Shown here in pieces: positions 37,735-48,600 of a DNA stretch of 64,000 nucleotides. Source of the DNA: Oscillospiraceae bacterium (GTDB lineage Bacteria > Bacillota > Clostridia > Oscillospirales > Ruminococcaceae); assembly GCA_045642925.1 (NCBI GenBank), contig JAZUJW010000034.1, positions 1 to 64,000 on the forward strand. The letters run 5' to 3'. A program made the translations under genes and the position numbers. Below the pieces are notes generated by a model, which was not told the origin of the DNA, did not search any database, and saw nothing but the letters and a program-made list of their open reading frames with translations. The stretch's first letter is position 1. Every line of letters starts with the position of its first letter.

Positions 37735-38283
37735 TCAAGCTGACTGCGAAATGATTTCGTAGGCAAGAATCATGCGCCGTCCTTGCAGATAAGCATCGGG
37801 CGTAGACCGGATAGCGTGCGGAACATTATTATAAGCGTTGTAGATCCACAGTTTTTCCCCTTTTTGCTCCATGCAGACCGTGTGAATCGCAGAAGCCATG
37901 CGGCGTTTTGTCCAGTAGACATACACACAGCAGCTTCCCGTCTGCAAGACGCGCTTGACGCTTTCGTGCGAACGCAGTCTGCGCACATTCAGCCCGAAGT
38001 GCCGCAGACAGTGTCCCAGCGCATGAGGGTCAGTACCCCAAAGCCCGCCAAGCATCGAAAAACGCTCCATATACCGTGCAATTTCGGTAAACGGTCTGGG
38101 ACAGCCCGCGATCAGCAGCGCATTATAAACGGCAATGACTTCGCAGCCGCAGTTGCCAATGCTGCCAAGTCCGAATTTCATGCCTGATACCGCCCCCAGC
38201 GCCTGACCATTCATCAGGTCTGTCGGAAGCGGTATCATTGTTGCAGGATTTTGAGTTGGAAGAAACGCTTTTTTTCTGTCCAT
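37735..38283 (-). CDS. Hypothetical papain-fold (C39-like) cysteine-peptidase-domain protein
   Basis: Cys (GSIGNCGCEVIAVYNAL) and downstream His (GTDPHALGH) motifs. The start was set at ATG 38283 behind the RBS aggaga. The call is low-confidence. Confidence 0.4.
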   Translation of the reverse strand: MDRKKAFLPTQNPATMIPLPTDLMNGQALGAVSGMKFGLGSIGNCGCEVIAVYNALLIAGCPRPFTEIARYMERFSMLGGLWGTDPHALGHCLRHFGLNVRRLRSHESVKRVLQTGSCCVYVYWTKRRMASAIHTVCMEQKGEKLWIYNAYNNVPHAIRSTPDAYLQGRRMILAYEIISQSA

Positions 38284-38287
38284 ATCG

Positions 38288-39382
38288 TTACATCTCCTGT
38301 CCCAGCATTTCCGAGAGGGAATACTGCTGCGGGATGGTTTGTGCATCTTCTGTCGGGTAGCCGAGGTGGGCATACGCAAGTCCTGTAGCACAGCGGCCGC
38401 GCGGCGTTCTTGCGAGCATTCCAAGCTGCATGAGATACGGTTCACAGACATCTTCGAGTGTGACCGCTTCTTCACCGATGGCAGAGGCAAGTGTTTCCAG
38501 TCCGACAGGCCCGCCGTGATAGCCGCGAATCATCATATCGAGCATACGGCGGTCAAGTTTATCCAGCCCCAGTTCGTCGATTTCCAGACGTTCCAGCGCA
38601 AGTTTTGTCGTTTGTTCATCGATCACGCCGCTGCCCATGACATCCGCAAAGTCGCGGACTCTGCGCAGCAGACGGTTTGCGATACGGGGTGTCCCGCGGG
38701 AACGCTTTGCAAGCTCCAACGCGCCGTCCGCTTCACAAGGAATATCCAGTATCATCGCACTTCTGCGGATAATATCACAAAGCTGCTGCGGCGTATAGAG
38801 TTCAAGCCGCTGAACGATACCGAAACGGTCACGCAGCGGCGGTGTCAGCTGTCCTGCCCTTGTCGTTGCACCGACAAGCGTAAACGGCTGCAAATCCACG
38901 CGGATACTGCGGGCAGACGGCCCTTTGCCGATCATAATATCCAGCACCCTGTCCTCCAGTGCGGGGTAGAGAATTTCCTCCACAGCACGGGAAAGACGAT
39001 GAATTTCATCGACAAACAGCACATCGCCTCTGCCGAGATTGGTCAGCAGTGCGGCAAGGTCGCCCGGTTTTTCGATGGCAGGGCCGGAGGTCACGCGCAG
39101 ATTCACGCCCATTTCATGGGCAATGATGCCGGAAAGCGTGGTTTTGCCGAGTCCCGGCGGCCCGTAAAGCAGCACATGGTCCAGCGGTTCACCGCGCCGT
39201 CTTGCCGCTTCGATATACACCGCCAGATTCTCCTTGACCTTATCCTGCCCGATGTAATCTTTGAGTTCTTTCGGACGAAGCGAGAGTTCCAGTTCGGAAT
39301 CCTGCGTGATCATTTGCGGGGAAGCGAGCCGTTCGAACGGTTCTTCCGTATTTTGCAAGTCTTCATCACTGTACTGAATCAT
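38288..39382 (-). CDS. ruvB: Holliday junction branch-migration ATPase
   Basis: Walker A ([13 protein letters not shown]) and sensor motifs. The RBS gaggagg is present. Confidence 0.95.
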   Translation of the reverse strand: MIQYSDEDLQNTEEPFERLASPQMITQDSELELSLRPKELKDYIGQDKVKENLAVYIEAARRRGEPLDHVLLYGPPGLGKTTLSGIIAHEMGVNLRVTSGPAIEKPGDLAALLTNLGRGDVLFVDEIHRLSRAVEEILYPALEDRVLDIMIGKGPSARSIRVDLQPFTLVGATTRAGQLTPPLRDRFGIVQRLELYTPQQLCDIIRRSAMILDIPCEADGALELAKRSRGTPRIANRLLRRVRDFADVMGSGVIDEQTTKLALERLEIDELGLDKLDRRMLDMMIRGYHGGPVGLETLASAIGEEAVTLEDVCEPYLMQLGMLARTPRGRCATGLAYAHLGYPTEDAQTIPQQYSLSEMLGQEM

Positions 39383-39423
39383 GCTGCCTCCTCATAGGGT
39401 TCTGCTATCGCTGTGCGGTCATC

Positions 39424-40149
39424 TTATCGCTCAAAATAGCGTTTTTTACGAATATAAAAGGGTTCGACACCATCAATTGCCTTTTTCGCCGCCTGTTCTT
39501 CCAGACTGATAAAGACAAGACTGTCGCCCGATTTTGTATAATTCTGCATATACTTGGAAAGCGGGAAGAACAGCTTGCGCGTGTTGCCCATCATATCAAA
39601 GACAAACAGCGTTTGCGGACGTTCACAGCCGCGCACCATCTCCACCACATAGCAGTTATCAACATTCGCCTGCCGTGCAAGATAGCGCGTAATGGGACGA
39701 ATGAGGTGATTGAGGTCTTTCTGCGGACGACGATACTCGATCGTTTCCTCCTCCTTCATGGAGATGGCAGGAATATTCAGGTTGCGGGCAACCATCAGAA
39801 TACTTTTGATCTCCTGCGAAGAAAACTCCTTACCGTAGGAATTGGGGTTCAGTACCGCAGAAGCAGACTGAATCAAATCAAACAACCGGAGGCAGTTGAG
39901 GCGGTAGCAGTTGACATAACGCTTTGCAAACTGCTGTAAAGAACGGTAACTTGTAAAGAACGGAATGAACACATCGCCGTCGGGGTTTTGCGTCGTGACA
40001 AGTTCCATCGAAACGCCGCCGTTGACCTCATCCTGTTTGACCGGCTTCTTACAAATGACATACACGTCACTTTTAATCAGCATTTGCAGAAAAACAGAGC
40101 GTTTCTCCGGCTTGGTGATCGCCTCTTTCAGTAATTCGTCAAGATTCAT
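39424..40149 (-). CDS. SseB-family protein (two-domain, unknown function)
   Basis: 241 aa with an SseB-like N/C-domain arrangement. The RBS gggagg is present. Confidence 0.5.
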   Translation of the reverse strand: MNLDELLKEAITKPEKRSVFLQMLIKSDVYVICKKPVKQDEVNGGVSMELVTTQNPDGDVFIPFFTSYRSLQQFAKRYVNCYRLNCLRLFDLIQSASAVLNPNSYGKEFSSQEIKSILMVARNLNIPAISMKEEETIEYRRPQKDLNHLIRPITRYLARQANVDNCYVVEMVRGCERPQTLFVFDMMGNTRKLFFPLSKYMQNYTKSGDSLVFISLEEQAAKKAIDGVEPFYIRKKRYFER

Positions 40150-40192
40150 GGTGCAAACCTCCCTATGAAATCATATCTATTTCTATGGATTT

Positions 40193-40720
40193 TCACTTTA
40201 ATGCGAAGGTCAGTGCATTCTGCACGGAAGAAATGGATTCGACATCATCCGCAGTCATGACATTGGGATACGAACCGTAAGCCGCACCTGCGTCCGAAGA
40301 AAGTTCTATGCCGACACCGGTGCAGTCCCCATCCTGAATATGAACGGCAAGATTTTTGCAGACATCTGCCTGTACATCCGCATTCAGATAGTATGCGATC
40401 TTATAGGTCAGCACGGCAATCATATCCTGTTTGTTCAGAGTATTCAGCGGCATTTTGGCAGTTTGCAGCGATGCCCCCGAAATGACAATGTCACCGCCAA
40501 GCAGATTGACAGGCATTTCTTCCATCATCATGTCATTGAGTCCTGCTTTTGCGGCTGTTGCAACCGTATTTGCCATGGAATTGGCACGGTCGATCTGTAC
40601 TCTGTCCACATATGTCTGCACGGTAGAATCCTTTTGTGATGAGGCTTCTTCTCCGCAGGCGGTCAGACAGCAGGTGCAGAGCACCATACCCATCAAAACA
40701 GCGATCCATTTTGTTTTCAT
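40193..40720 (-). CDS. Hypothetical lipoprotein
   Basis: Signal peptide with a lipobox (LTAC). The start was set at ATG 40720 (MKTKWIAVLMG) behind the RBS aaagggga. Confidence 0.55.
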   Translation of the reverse strand: MKTKWIAVLMGMVLCTCCLTACGEEASSQKDSTVQTYVDRVQIDRANSMANTVATAAKAGLNDMMMEEMPVNLLGGDIVISGASLQTAKMPLNTLNKQDMIAVLTYKIAYYLNADVQADVCKNLAVHIQDGDCTGVGIELSSDAGAAYGSYPNVMTADDVESISSVQNALTFALK

Positions 40721-40733
40721 TTTGTGCTCCCCT

Positions 40734-41336
40734 TTATCCAAACATTCGTTTTCCGAGCATCATCAGCGATTGCCGAATCAGCTCTGATGAGGAAAGGGCG
40801 GGGTCTAAGGATTGCAGTACACCCGCAACTTCCCCCTGCGTATAGCCCAGTACCAGCAGTGCGGACATGGCTTCTTCCATTGCACCGCCGGAAATTGAAA
40901 CGGGTGCTTGCGGAAATCCTTCTGTCTGCACGGTTTTCGTGACTTTATCCTTGAGTTCCAGCACAATGCGCTGTGCAGTTTTCGTGCCGATGCCCTTTGT
41001 CTTTGTAAATGCTTTTGCATCTCCTGCCGCAATGGCAAGCGCAAAACGGTCAGGCGTTAAATCCGAGAGAATTGCCAGTGCATTCTTCGGGCCGACACCC
41101 GATACACTCGTGAGCTGGTCAAAGCAGGTGCGTTCACTGCGTGTCGCAAAGCCGAAAAGGGAAACATCGTCCTCACGGACGGTCATGCGGGTATACAGCA
41201 TAACTTCTTCCCCGACGCTTCCGACTGCCGCCGCCGTTTGCATCCCTGTTTTGCAGGCATATCCCACGCCGCCGCATTCCACGACCACGAGATTCGGTTC
41301 TTTCAGCAGCACCTTGCCGCGCAGACTGTCTATCAT
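40734..41336 (-). CDS. ruvA: Holliday junction DNA helicase subunit
   Basis: MIDSLRGKV... OB-fold start, two HhH motifs and a C-terminal domain III. 200 aa. Confidence 0.9.
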   Translation of the reverse strand: MIDSLRGKVLLKEPNLVVVECGGVGYACKTGMQTAAAVGSVGEEVMLYTRMTVREDDVSLFGFATRSERTCFDQLTSVSGVGPKNALAILSDLTPDRFALAIAAGDAKAFTKTKGIGTKTAQRIVLELKDKVTKTVQTEGFPQAPVSISGGAMEEAMSALLVLGYTQGEVAGVLQSLDPALSSSELIRQSLMMLGKRMFG

Positions 41337-41366
41337 GGTGCAAAGTCACCTCTTGGAAATTGGTAA

Positions 41367-41900
41367 TCAGTAATCAGGTTTCGCACAGTGTCCGTGGCAA
41401 ATTGCCAGTGCGAGCGCGTCCGCGGCATCATCGGGCTTCGGGATGTCGTCCAGACACAAAATGCGGCGCGTCATATCCATCACCTGTTTTTTCTCCGCCT
41501 TGCCATAACCGACCACGGCGGATTTCACCTGCAAAGGTGTATATTCAAAGACAGGAATGGTTCTCTGTGCGCAGGCAAGCAGGATCACGCCTCTTGCCTC
41601 GGCAACGAGAATACCCGTTGTTTTGTTGGTATTGAAGTATAGTTTTTCGACCGAAAGCACCTGCGGTCGGTACTTATCCAGCAAAAAGCACATATCTTCA
41701 TAGATCTGTGCAAGCCGTGCGGAGAAATCGGTATGCGCCTCTGTGAGAATCGCACCGTATTCCACCGTCTGAAAACGCATTCCCTGATAATCGAGAATGC
41801 CGAATCCAACCGTTGCATAGCCGGGGTCAACGCCCAAAATGCGCAAAACAGCCTCCAATCCAGACATGGTTATTATACCATGAATGTGCATAAATTTCAA
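41367..41900 (-). CDS. ruvC: Crossover junction endodeoxyribonuclease
   Basis: ILGVDPGYATVGFGIL catalytic Asp motif. The start is ambiguous: ATG 41900, or ATG 41867, which sits immediately after a TATAAT. Confidence 0.85.
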   Translation of the reverse strand: MKFMHIHGIITMSGLEAVLRILGVDPGYATVGFGILDYQGMRFQTVEYGAILTEAHTDFSARLAQIYEDMCFLLDKYRPQVLSVEKLYFNTNKTTGILVAEARGVILLACAQRTIPVFEYTPLQVKSAVVGYGKAEKKQVMDMTRRILCLDDIPKPDDAADALALAICHGHCAKPDY

Positions 41901-42011
41901 GTAGCAAAAAGCATGAATCCTCTCGAATCAGCAAAATTATGAAAACTTTGTGAATATTGCACAGCAACCCGCAACAACTTTCTTAAAATATGACATTTTC
42001 TTTGTGAAGTT

Positions 42012-43139
42012 TTACCATACAATCCCAAATCCGACCAAAAATGTCTTTTCTTCCAGCGGTGTGATGGTCAGACAGTGCTGCTGTGCGGTCGGATGGTCAA
42101 ACAACACGATGGGCATGGCATTTCCCCAGCCGTAAATGGAATTGCAGTGCATGACGGACTGATTCAGCAGCGGATGCGAAACAGGCGCATCATCCAGCAA
42201 AATCTTTGCACTGCCATACTGCGGCGCACGATGCGATTCATAGAACACGACCAGTGCCTTGGCGTTCAGTGCAAAACGGAAGGTTTGTTCCTTCGCAGCA
42301 TCGCCAACCCATACAGTTTTGTAATAGCTGAATTCTTTTGGTTCTATGTTAAAATCAGTCTGTGCGCCAGCCAAATCTCCTGCGGGGTAAAATTGCAGCT
42401 TCGTATAGGGTGCATCCAGCCACGGTTCCGGCATCGACTTTTGTGAAACTTCTGTATCTTCTATATTTTTTGCGGTATCCAGTAAGTGCAGCAGACAGTC
42501 TGCCAGCAATTGGTGTCCCTCCAACGTCGGATGACTTTCCCTGTCAGCATAATCTTCCCATGTCAGCGTGCCGTCCGCAAGCAGCGGATTCAGCCCCTTT
42601 TGCAGACTGACACACGGCAAACCATAATATTCGGCAATCGGGTGCATATAGCTTTCACAGCTATATTCGTTTGCACTCCGCAGCGTAAAAATCACGACAA
42701 TCGGCGGATGCTCCAACAGCAGGAAACGCCGCAGCAGGCTTTCGAATGAAATCACACTGTGCCGCAATGTCGTTTCATTGATGGCATATTCCAGAAAAAC
42801 AATATCAGGCGAATGGACAATGATTTCGCGTTCACATAGTGCATTTCCCTGCATCGTATCCATGCCGGCAGACGCCAGCACATGGCATTTTGCATCGTAT
42901 CCGCGTGCATTCAGCGCGTCCGTCAGCAAAGCGGGATAAGGCTTCTCATAGAATTGGTAATTTGCATAGCCCTGCGTGATAGAACCGCCCAAAAACGCAA
43001 GTGTCAACTGCTTTTTCGAAAGCACAGCCTGCCACGGCTGATGCTCGCCGCAGGAAACCAATGCATTTTCTGCTATCATTTCTCGTATTTCTGATGAAAT
43101 CACTGCACTGTCCCCCGTTCGTTTCCGATCATTCTCCAT
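42012..43139 (-). CDS. SGNH/GDSL-type hydrolase (esterase) with a C-terminal beta-rich domain
   Basis: Block I (FLGGSITQG) and block III/V (DIVFLEYAINE; ...HP) motifs of the SGNH family. No signal peptide. The start is uncertain, because it overlaps the lysR end by 40 bp. Confidence 0.6.
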   Translation of the reverse strand: MENDRKRTGDSAVISSEIREMIAENALVSCGEHQPWQAVLSKKQLTLAFLGGSITQGYANYQFYEKPYPALLTDALNARGYDAKCHVLASAGMDTMQGNALCEREIIVHSPDIVFLEYAINETTLRHSVISFESLLRRFLLLEHPPIVVIFTLRSANEYSCESYMHPIAEYYGLPCVSLQKGLNPLLADGTLTWEDYADRESHPTLEGHQLLADCLLHLLDTAKNIEDTEVSQKSMPEPWLDAPYTKLQFYPAGDLAGAQTDFNIEPKEFSYYKTVWVGDAAKEQTFRFALNAKALVVFYESHRAPQYGSAKILLDDAPVSHPLLNQSVMHCNSIYGWGNAMPIVLFDHPTAQQHCLTITPLEEKTFLVGFGIVW

Positions 43140-44089
43140 GTTCCGACATCGACAAGCTGCTTCAGCAGCAGTGCATATGCTGCGGAAGCTTTCGAAAGGT
43201 ATGCACCGCGTTTCGTAATCAGTGAGATATTACAGCGGGCAATTTCATCGGGCAGAATATAATAGTTGGGGTGTTCGCGGAAATTGCCATAGTAAATCAG
43301 GGAATCAGGCAGGATGGCAATGCCCATATTGGCGCAGACAAATGAAAAAACCGTTTCAATCGTCTGCACGGCATATTCAATATGCGGCGTAAACCCACAG
43401 CGTTCACAAGCCGCTTCCAGATATTCTTTTGCGTATTCACCCGCGATTGCTGCCACGAAATGCTCCTCCTGTAAATCAGAAAGCGCAATCGGGCGCTGAC
43501 GGTAAAAATTCGGCGTGGCATTGCAGATATCCTCTGCGGTCAATGGTTTTGGCAAGCGGGTGCATAACGGATGGGCAGGGGCGGCGGCAAGGTACATCCG
43601 TTCTTCTGCCAGCGCCTCCACATGAAACTGTTTCTCGTCAAATTCGCCCGTACCGATGATGAAATCCAATGCACCGGCTGTCAGGAGTTCACGAAGCTGT
43701 TTCATATCGGCTTCATGAATGGAGATATGGATTTGGGGATACTGCGCATGGAAAGCGGCGATGCTGCGGGAAAGCAGACATCGTACCCGAAAGGAGGATG
43801 CGCCGATGCGAACAGAGCCGGTCTGCATTCCCATCAGGTCGGAAAGTGCATTATTCATGCTTTCCTCCATGGCAAGGATGCGCCGTGCCCATGTGACATA
43901 GAGTTCACCCGCGTCTGTCAGGCGGATGGGGGTTTGCGCGCGGTCAAAGAGTTTCATGCCAAGCTGTTTTTCCAGACTATGGATGTATTGGCTGAGTGAC
44001 GGCTGGGTGACATAGAGTTTTTCCGCGGCTTTGGAGAAACTCTGGCATTCGGCAACGGTAAGCACATAGGTGAGCTGCTGGGAATTCAT
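43100..44089 (-). CDS. LysR-family transcriptional regulator
   Basis: N-terminal wHTH (LTYVLTVAECQSFSKAAEKLYVTQPSLSQYIHSLEKQLGMKLFDR) plus a LysR substrate-binding domain. The start was set at ATG 44089 behind the RBS aaggagg, because the ORF-track start is GTG. Confidence 0.85.
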   Translation of the reverse strand: MNSQQLTYVLTVAECQSFSKAAEKLYVTQPSLSQYIHSLEKQLGMKLFDRAQTPIRLTDAGELYVTWARRILAMEESMNNALSDLMGMQTGSVRIGASSFRVRCLLSRSIAAFHAQYPQIHISIHEADMKQLRELLTAGALDFIIGTGEFDEKQFHVEALAEERMYLAAAPAHPLCTRLPKPLTAEDICNATPNFYRQRPIALSDLQEEHFVAAIAGEYAKEYLEAACERCGFTPHIEYAVQTIETVFSFVCANMGIAILPDSLIYYGNFREHPNYYILPDEIARCNISLITKRGAYLSKASAAYALLLKQLVDVGTWRMIGNERGTVQ

Positions 44090-44235
44090 CCTCACGCCTC
44101 CTTTGGATAGTGAAACTGTTTTCTTACATCATAGCAGATTTTGCATGATTTGTCAACGAAATCCGATGGGATATACCGAAACAGCCGCAAAAAAGAACAG
44201 ATTCGAAACGCTCGAATCTGCGCTTTTTTCTATAG

Positions 44236-44308
44236 TGGAGCATACGGGATTCGAACCCGTGACCCCCACACTGCCAGTGTGGTGCGCTCCCAGCTGCGCT
44301 AATGCCCC
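44236..44308 (-). tRNA. tRNA-Ala (anticodon GGC)
   Basis: Hand-folded cloverleaf: acceptor stem GGGGCAT/ATGCTCC with the G3:U70 alanine identity pair, anticodon loop CTGGCAG, T-loop GGTTCGAATCC. The 3' CCA is not encoded. Confidence 0.85.
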
Positions 44309-44435
44309 AGAGGAATAAATGCATTATACCATATATTCCCCAGATTGTCAAGAGGAAATCGTGCATTTCAAAATCGACAAAGCATTGGACAGCTTGCTTT
44401 TTTTCCAAATTGGTGTTATAATATTGATATAACTC

Positions 44436-45119
44436 ATGGAAAGGACGCTGAATTCCCCCTTGAAAAATAATACCTGCCGTCTGATGTTTCAGACAAGCTA
44501 CTGCACACTTGCAGTCATCGCATTCCTTGCAAGTCTTGGATTATTCCGCTATGATTACTACGATAACTGGTATGTGCAGTTCACAAACCTCAGCAACTAC
44601 TTCTGTATGTGCATTATGTGCTCAGAACTGGTCGAAACCGTCAAGCACCCCGAACGCCCCAAAAACACCACCCTTCCCAAACTCAAATATATGGGCGTTA
44701 TCATGATTCTGCTGACCTTCTGCGTATTCAATTTCATCCTTGCGGGTGCGGCTGGCAGAAATCCTGCGGATAATTATGCGATTGCAAGCGTTTTACTGCA
44801 TATTGTCCTGCCGATCATGTACATCGCAGACTGGTTCCTGTTTTATGAACGCCGCAAAGTCAAATGGTTTGAGCCGCTGATTTCTGTGACTGTCCCGATT
44901 ATGTATGTACTGTACATCATGATTCGTGCGCCGTTTGTGACGCTTGACCCTGACAACAAGGATATCATGAAATATCCGTACTTTTTCCTCAATGTCGATA
45001 ACATCGGATGGGGCGGCGTTGCGAAATGGCTTCTCATTCTGATTGCAGGATTTATTGCTGTCGGATACCTGCTGTTCGGCATCGACCGCCTCCCCTCCCG
45101 CCACAGAAAACCTGCATAA
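44436..45119 (+). CDS. Integral membrane protein (Pr6Pr-like, 5-6 TM)
   Basis: Hydrophobicity pattern and conserved charged loops. No RBS at either candidate start. Confidence 0.5.
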   Translation: MERTLNSPLKNNTCRLMFQTSYCTLAVIAFLASLGLFRYDYYDNWYVQFTNLSNYFCMCIMCSELVETVKHPERPKNTTLPKLKYMGVIMILLTFCVFNFILAGAAGRNPADNYAIASVLLHIVLPIMYIADWFLFYERRKVKWFEPLISVTVPIMYVLYIMIRAPFVTLDPDNKDIMKYPYFFLNVDNIGWGGVAKWLLILIAGFIAVGYLLFGIDRLPSRHRKPA

Positions 45120-45297
45120 CTTTTTCGCAAATCATTTTTATATTCTTCACAGGCATTCCTTTTGACATTATGACAGAATCGACAAGTAAAAATGCGAATT
45201 GTTGGGCGAATATACGAAAAGCGACAAAAACTATTGTAAAATTTCGCTGGATATGATATAATTCTTATAATCATAACGCATAGGAGGGGATGACCTT

Positions 45298-45618
45298 ATG
45301 GAAACGAGACAATCAGAAATGCCGAAAGGCTTGAGCGATGAAGTGCTGGCTGATATTTTTGGCGAAGAAGCTTCACCCATGGAACGCAGAATGTACACCG
45401 ATATCATCTTCCCCACATGGGTATCATGCCTGCAAACAGCGTGTGAAAAGAACGGATGTGACGAGAACGCGACCAAAAGCCATTTGGAGAAACTCGATGC
45501 GGTGAAAGCATTGATTCAGGATGGTAAATATGATGCCGCAATTGAACAATCAGCAAAGGATTGTCCTGAACTGTCCGACCAGATTCGCTCGTTCGTTCTT
45601 GCCTTACAGCACAAATGA
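45298..45618 (+). CDS. Hypothetical small cytoplasmic protein (106 aa, Cys-containing)
   Basis: Strong RBS (ataggagggg). Followed by a strong terminator. Confidence 0.55.
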   Translation: METRQSEMPKGLSDEVLADIFGEEASPMERRMYTDIIFPTWVSCLQTACEKNGCDENATKSHLEKLDAVKALIQDGKYDAAIEQSAKDCPELSDQIRSFVLALQHK

Positions 45619-45637
45619 TTCTTTCCATAAAACCAGA

Positions 45638-45669
45638 ACAACCCCCGAGAAATCGGGGGTTGTTTTTTT
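45638..45669. terminator. Bidirectional rho-independent terminator (acaaccccc-gagaaatc-gggggttgt, A-run on the left and T7 on the right)
   Basis: Direct reading. It lies between the convergent 45298-45618 (+) and 45673-52701 (-) genes. Confidence 0.8.
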
Positions 45670-45672
45670 GTG

Positions 45673-48600
45673 TCATTCCGTTTGTGAAAATTCCAAAAGC
45701 CACTGCAAATCGACGTAATCCAGAATACCGTCCTCATTGCAGTCCGCCTGTGCCGCCGCAGAAGCACAAAGCTGAATGCCTGCTGTTTCGCTCAGCACGA
45801 ACTGCATGAGCTGAACATCCGTCCAGTCACAGACATCGTCGCCTGTCAGGTCGCCCTGCACCGTACATTCTGCGCCCAGATACACCGCATTCCGCTGACG
45901 TGCCTGACAATATGCCGCGGCAGGTGTCCCTTGTTCGATATACAGAAAATAGGAATCATTCTCAACAACGTCATCACAAGCAGTCACCTGCACCATGCAG
46001 TCCTGTCGGGCATCGTAAAGTTCTGTCGGCACGTTATACGCCGCCGCATTCCCACGCACTTGTAACAATGTCGCTTCCTTGCCATTCACAAGATACACCA
46101 TGTTATCAGCTTCCACAAAATGCGTATTGTCTGCCGCCGCAATTTGCAGCGCGAAACAACAATCTGTTCCCTTGCGGCTGCCGTCTGCATCTGTCACGCA
46201 TAGACAATATATTGTATCTTTCTCCTGCAAATGCATTTGCTTCGTGTCAAACGGCAGCAGATTGCCTTCTGCATCATAAAGCAATGCTGTGACACGGTCG
46301 GTTTCCCATGTGGGCAGCGTCAGGATATAATCTCCCGTAGACGGCGCGATAAACGCAAAAAGGTACTGATTCCATGCATCGCCAATGGGCTGATAATACA
46401 TTCTGTTCACAGAAAGCAATTCTGCCGATTTCCATTGCAGCAGCGATGCATTCGGCAGAATAAACGTCTGCACCGCCTGAATTCCTTCATAGCACCCCTT
46501 GCCGCACAGCTGCAATGATACCCTGCCGTACAGTTCCGCATCAGGCAAATTGGTACATTCGTATTCTTCCCCGTAAGTCAAAAGCAGTTCGCCATCCATG
46601 ACTTGCAGACAATTTGTCAGGTCTGTACCCTGCGCAACGGTTGCAGGAAGGGATACCGTACAATCGGAAAACATTCTATTCTGCGGATTGATGGAAAGAG
46701 ATACTGTACCGCAAGCCGTATCTGCACAGAAACGCGCCACGAGTGTATACCATTCGCCCGCTGTCAGGGAAAGTGCCGTCTGCTGTTCGGAAAGCCCGCA
46801 GACCATCCCCATGACCGTGCCGCTTTCGTCATATACCGCCGCAGAAGCAGCTTGCATTGCAGACATATGCAGCAAATTTTCTGCGGCTTCTGCACAGAAA
46901 CGATATCTGCACACTGCACCGCCTTCCGCAATAACTGCATCCACACGCGGCGCTGTCCATTCCGAAACGGTTTCCGCATTTTCAGGAAGCGTGTAGAACA
47001 ATAATTTCCGACTGCCGAAATAATCGCCGATGCCTTCCACTGTCAGCGAATGCACACCTTCTGTTTCCGCATCCGCAGGCAACTGCACTACATAATCCAC
47101 ATTTTCCTGCATAATCCTGCCGTCCATGCAAACACGCACCTGTGGCTTCTGCATTGCAGTCCCCATCAGTACATCTGACACCGCGATTTCTGCACCATGC
47201 AGAGAGATGCGCAGCGGGTGCAGACGCATAGCACTGAACGAATCCCGTGCGCACTGCTCCGCCATAAAAACATACGTACCTTTGTATAAATGTAAAATCT
47301 GTCCCGCAGAAAGAAATGCTTCCGATACCGCCGCTTGTTTTCCATACACATTACAGGTCACGGCAGTTGTGATGAAATTGCAGACATCCTCCACCTGCAC
47401 TTCCATTTCATATGGTACATTGATTACATAATAAGACGTTCCATTCGAAATCTGAAGGACTTCATCCAGTGCCGCCGAAACATACCGCGGCGTTTTTTCG
47501 GATTCGGTCGGTGGGATAAATGGTTCATCCATATACCAATAGTCACTGGTATAACCGACATAATCCCCGAGTCCCTGTACCAGACAATACAGCACACCAT
47601 CTTCCGTATTGACATCGTACAGAACACGATAGTCTTCGCCTTCTTCCAGTCGTCTTCCTGTTTCTATGCAATACATCTGGAATTCGCCCGTTTCTTTCCC
47701 CTTTATCATTTCTGCTTCCGTGAACATACTGCGCTTGTGATGAAGCACTGTCAGCACATAATCTCCTTCCGAATATTGCTGACACGAGGAAACGCTAATA
47801 CGGTAAGAAACACCCGCAGCCAATTCCACACTGCACGTATCCGTCCAGAATTCCTCTGTCCGGAGCGAATACGCATCCTGCTCATATAACGTAATGATGA
47901 AATCCACACTGCATCTGCCCGCATCCAGAATAGACTGCATATCCCGTTTTCCAGTAAATACATCGTCCAGCACACTTGGCGCATACATAAGCTGTATGGT
48001 ATAGCAATCCGTTTCCTGCGGCGTAAACCAGAAATACTGTTCGTGTCCCCAATCACAGCCTTCCACAAAGCAGTCCTCCGAAATCACATTGCCGCTTGGA
48101 ATCCCAAATGCGAGCATACCACAATAATCGCCCATGCCGCTGAAGTAGAAAACGGCTTCACCATACGCGGTACAGAGTCCACGCATAACCGTGAAATCCA
48201 CATTTTCCTGCAATGCCGTCCCATCCGCAGCGTACAGCACAACAGGCAAATCTGTGTCGGAGAAGTCATATGGCAGCGAAACCACATTCTGTTTCACAGT
48301 ACATTCTGCCAACCGCTGTTTCTGCGATATTTCAACAAAAACGTCACAATCGTCATGGTTGATTTGGATACAGTACGAATGTCCTGCGAAGAGTGAAAGC
48401 TGCAATACAGGGTATTGGATCACATGATTCTCAAATTCGCAGTCTGCAATGCCAACTGGCCAATCTTGTTCATACACCATCATATCCAACGACGGAAAGT
48501 TGCATACTATCTCAGAAACACTCGGAACACCGCAAATGATATAAACGTCGTCTTTCTGCGGCGTAAAGGACAAATAACTTGTTTTTTCACTTTCTTCCAG

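Noticed and set aside
41867-41900. TATAAT hexamer immediately 5' of the internal ATG of ruvC, as evidence for a leaderless ruvC
   Set aside because: I could not distinguish this from chance. No -35 element is present at the right spacing. ruvC is retained with the longer ORF and the ambiguity is flagged.
44124-44408. 94-aa ORF on the minus strand
   Set aside because: It overlaps the tRNA-Ala gene.
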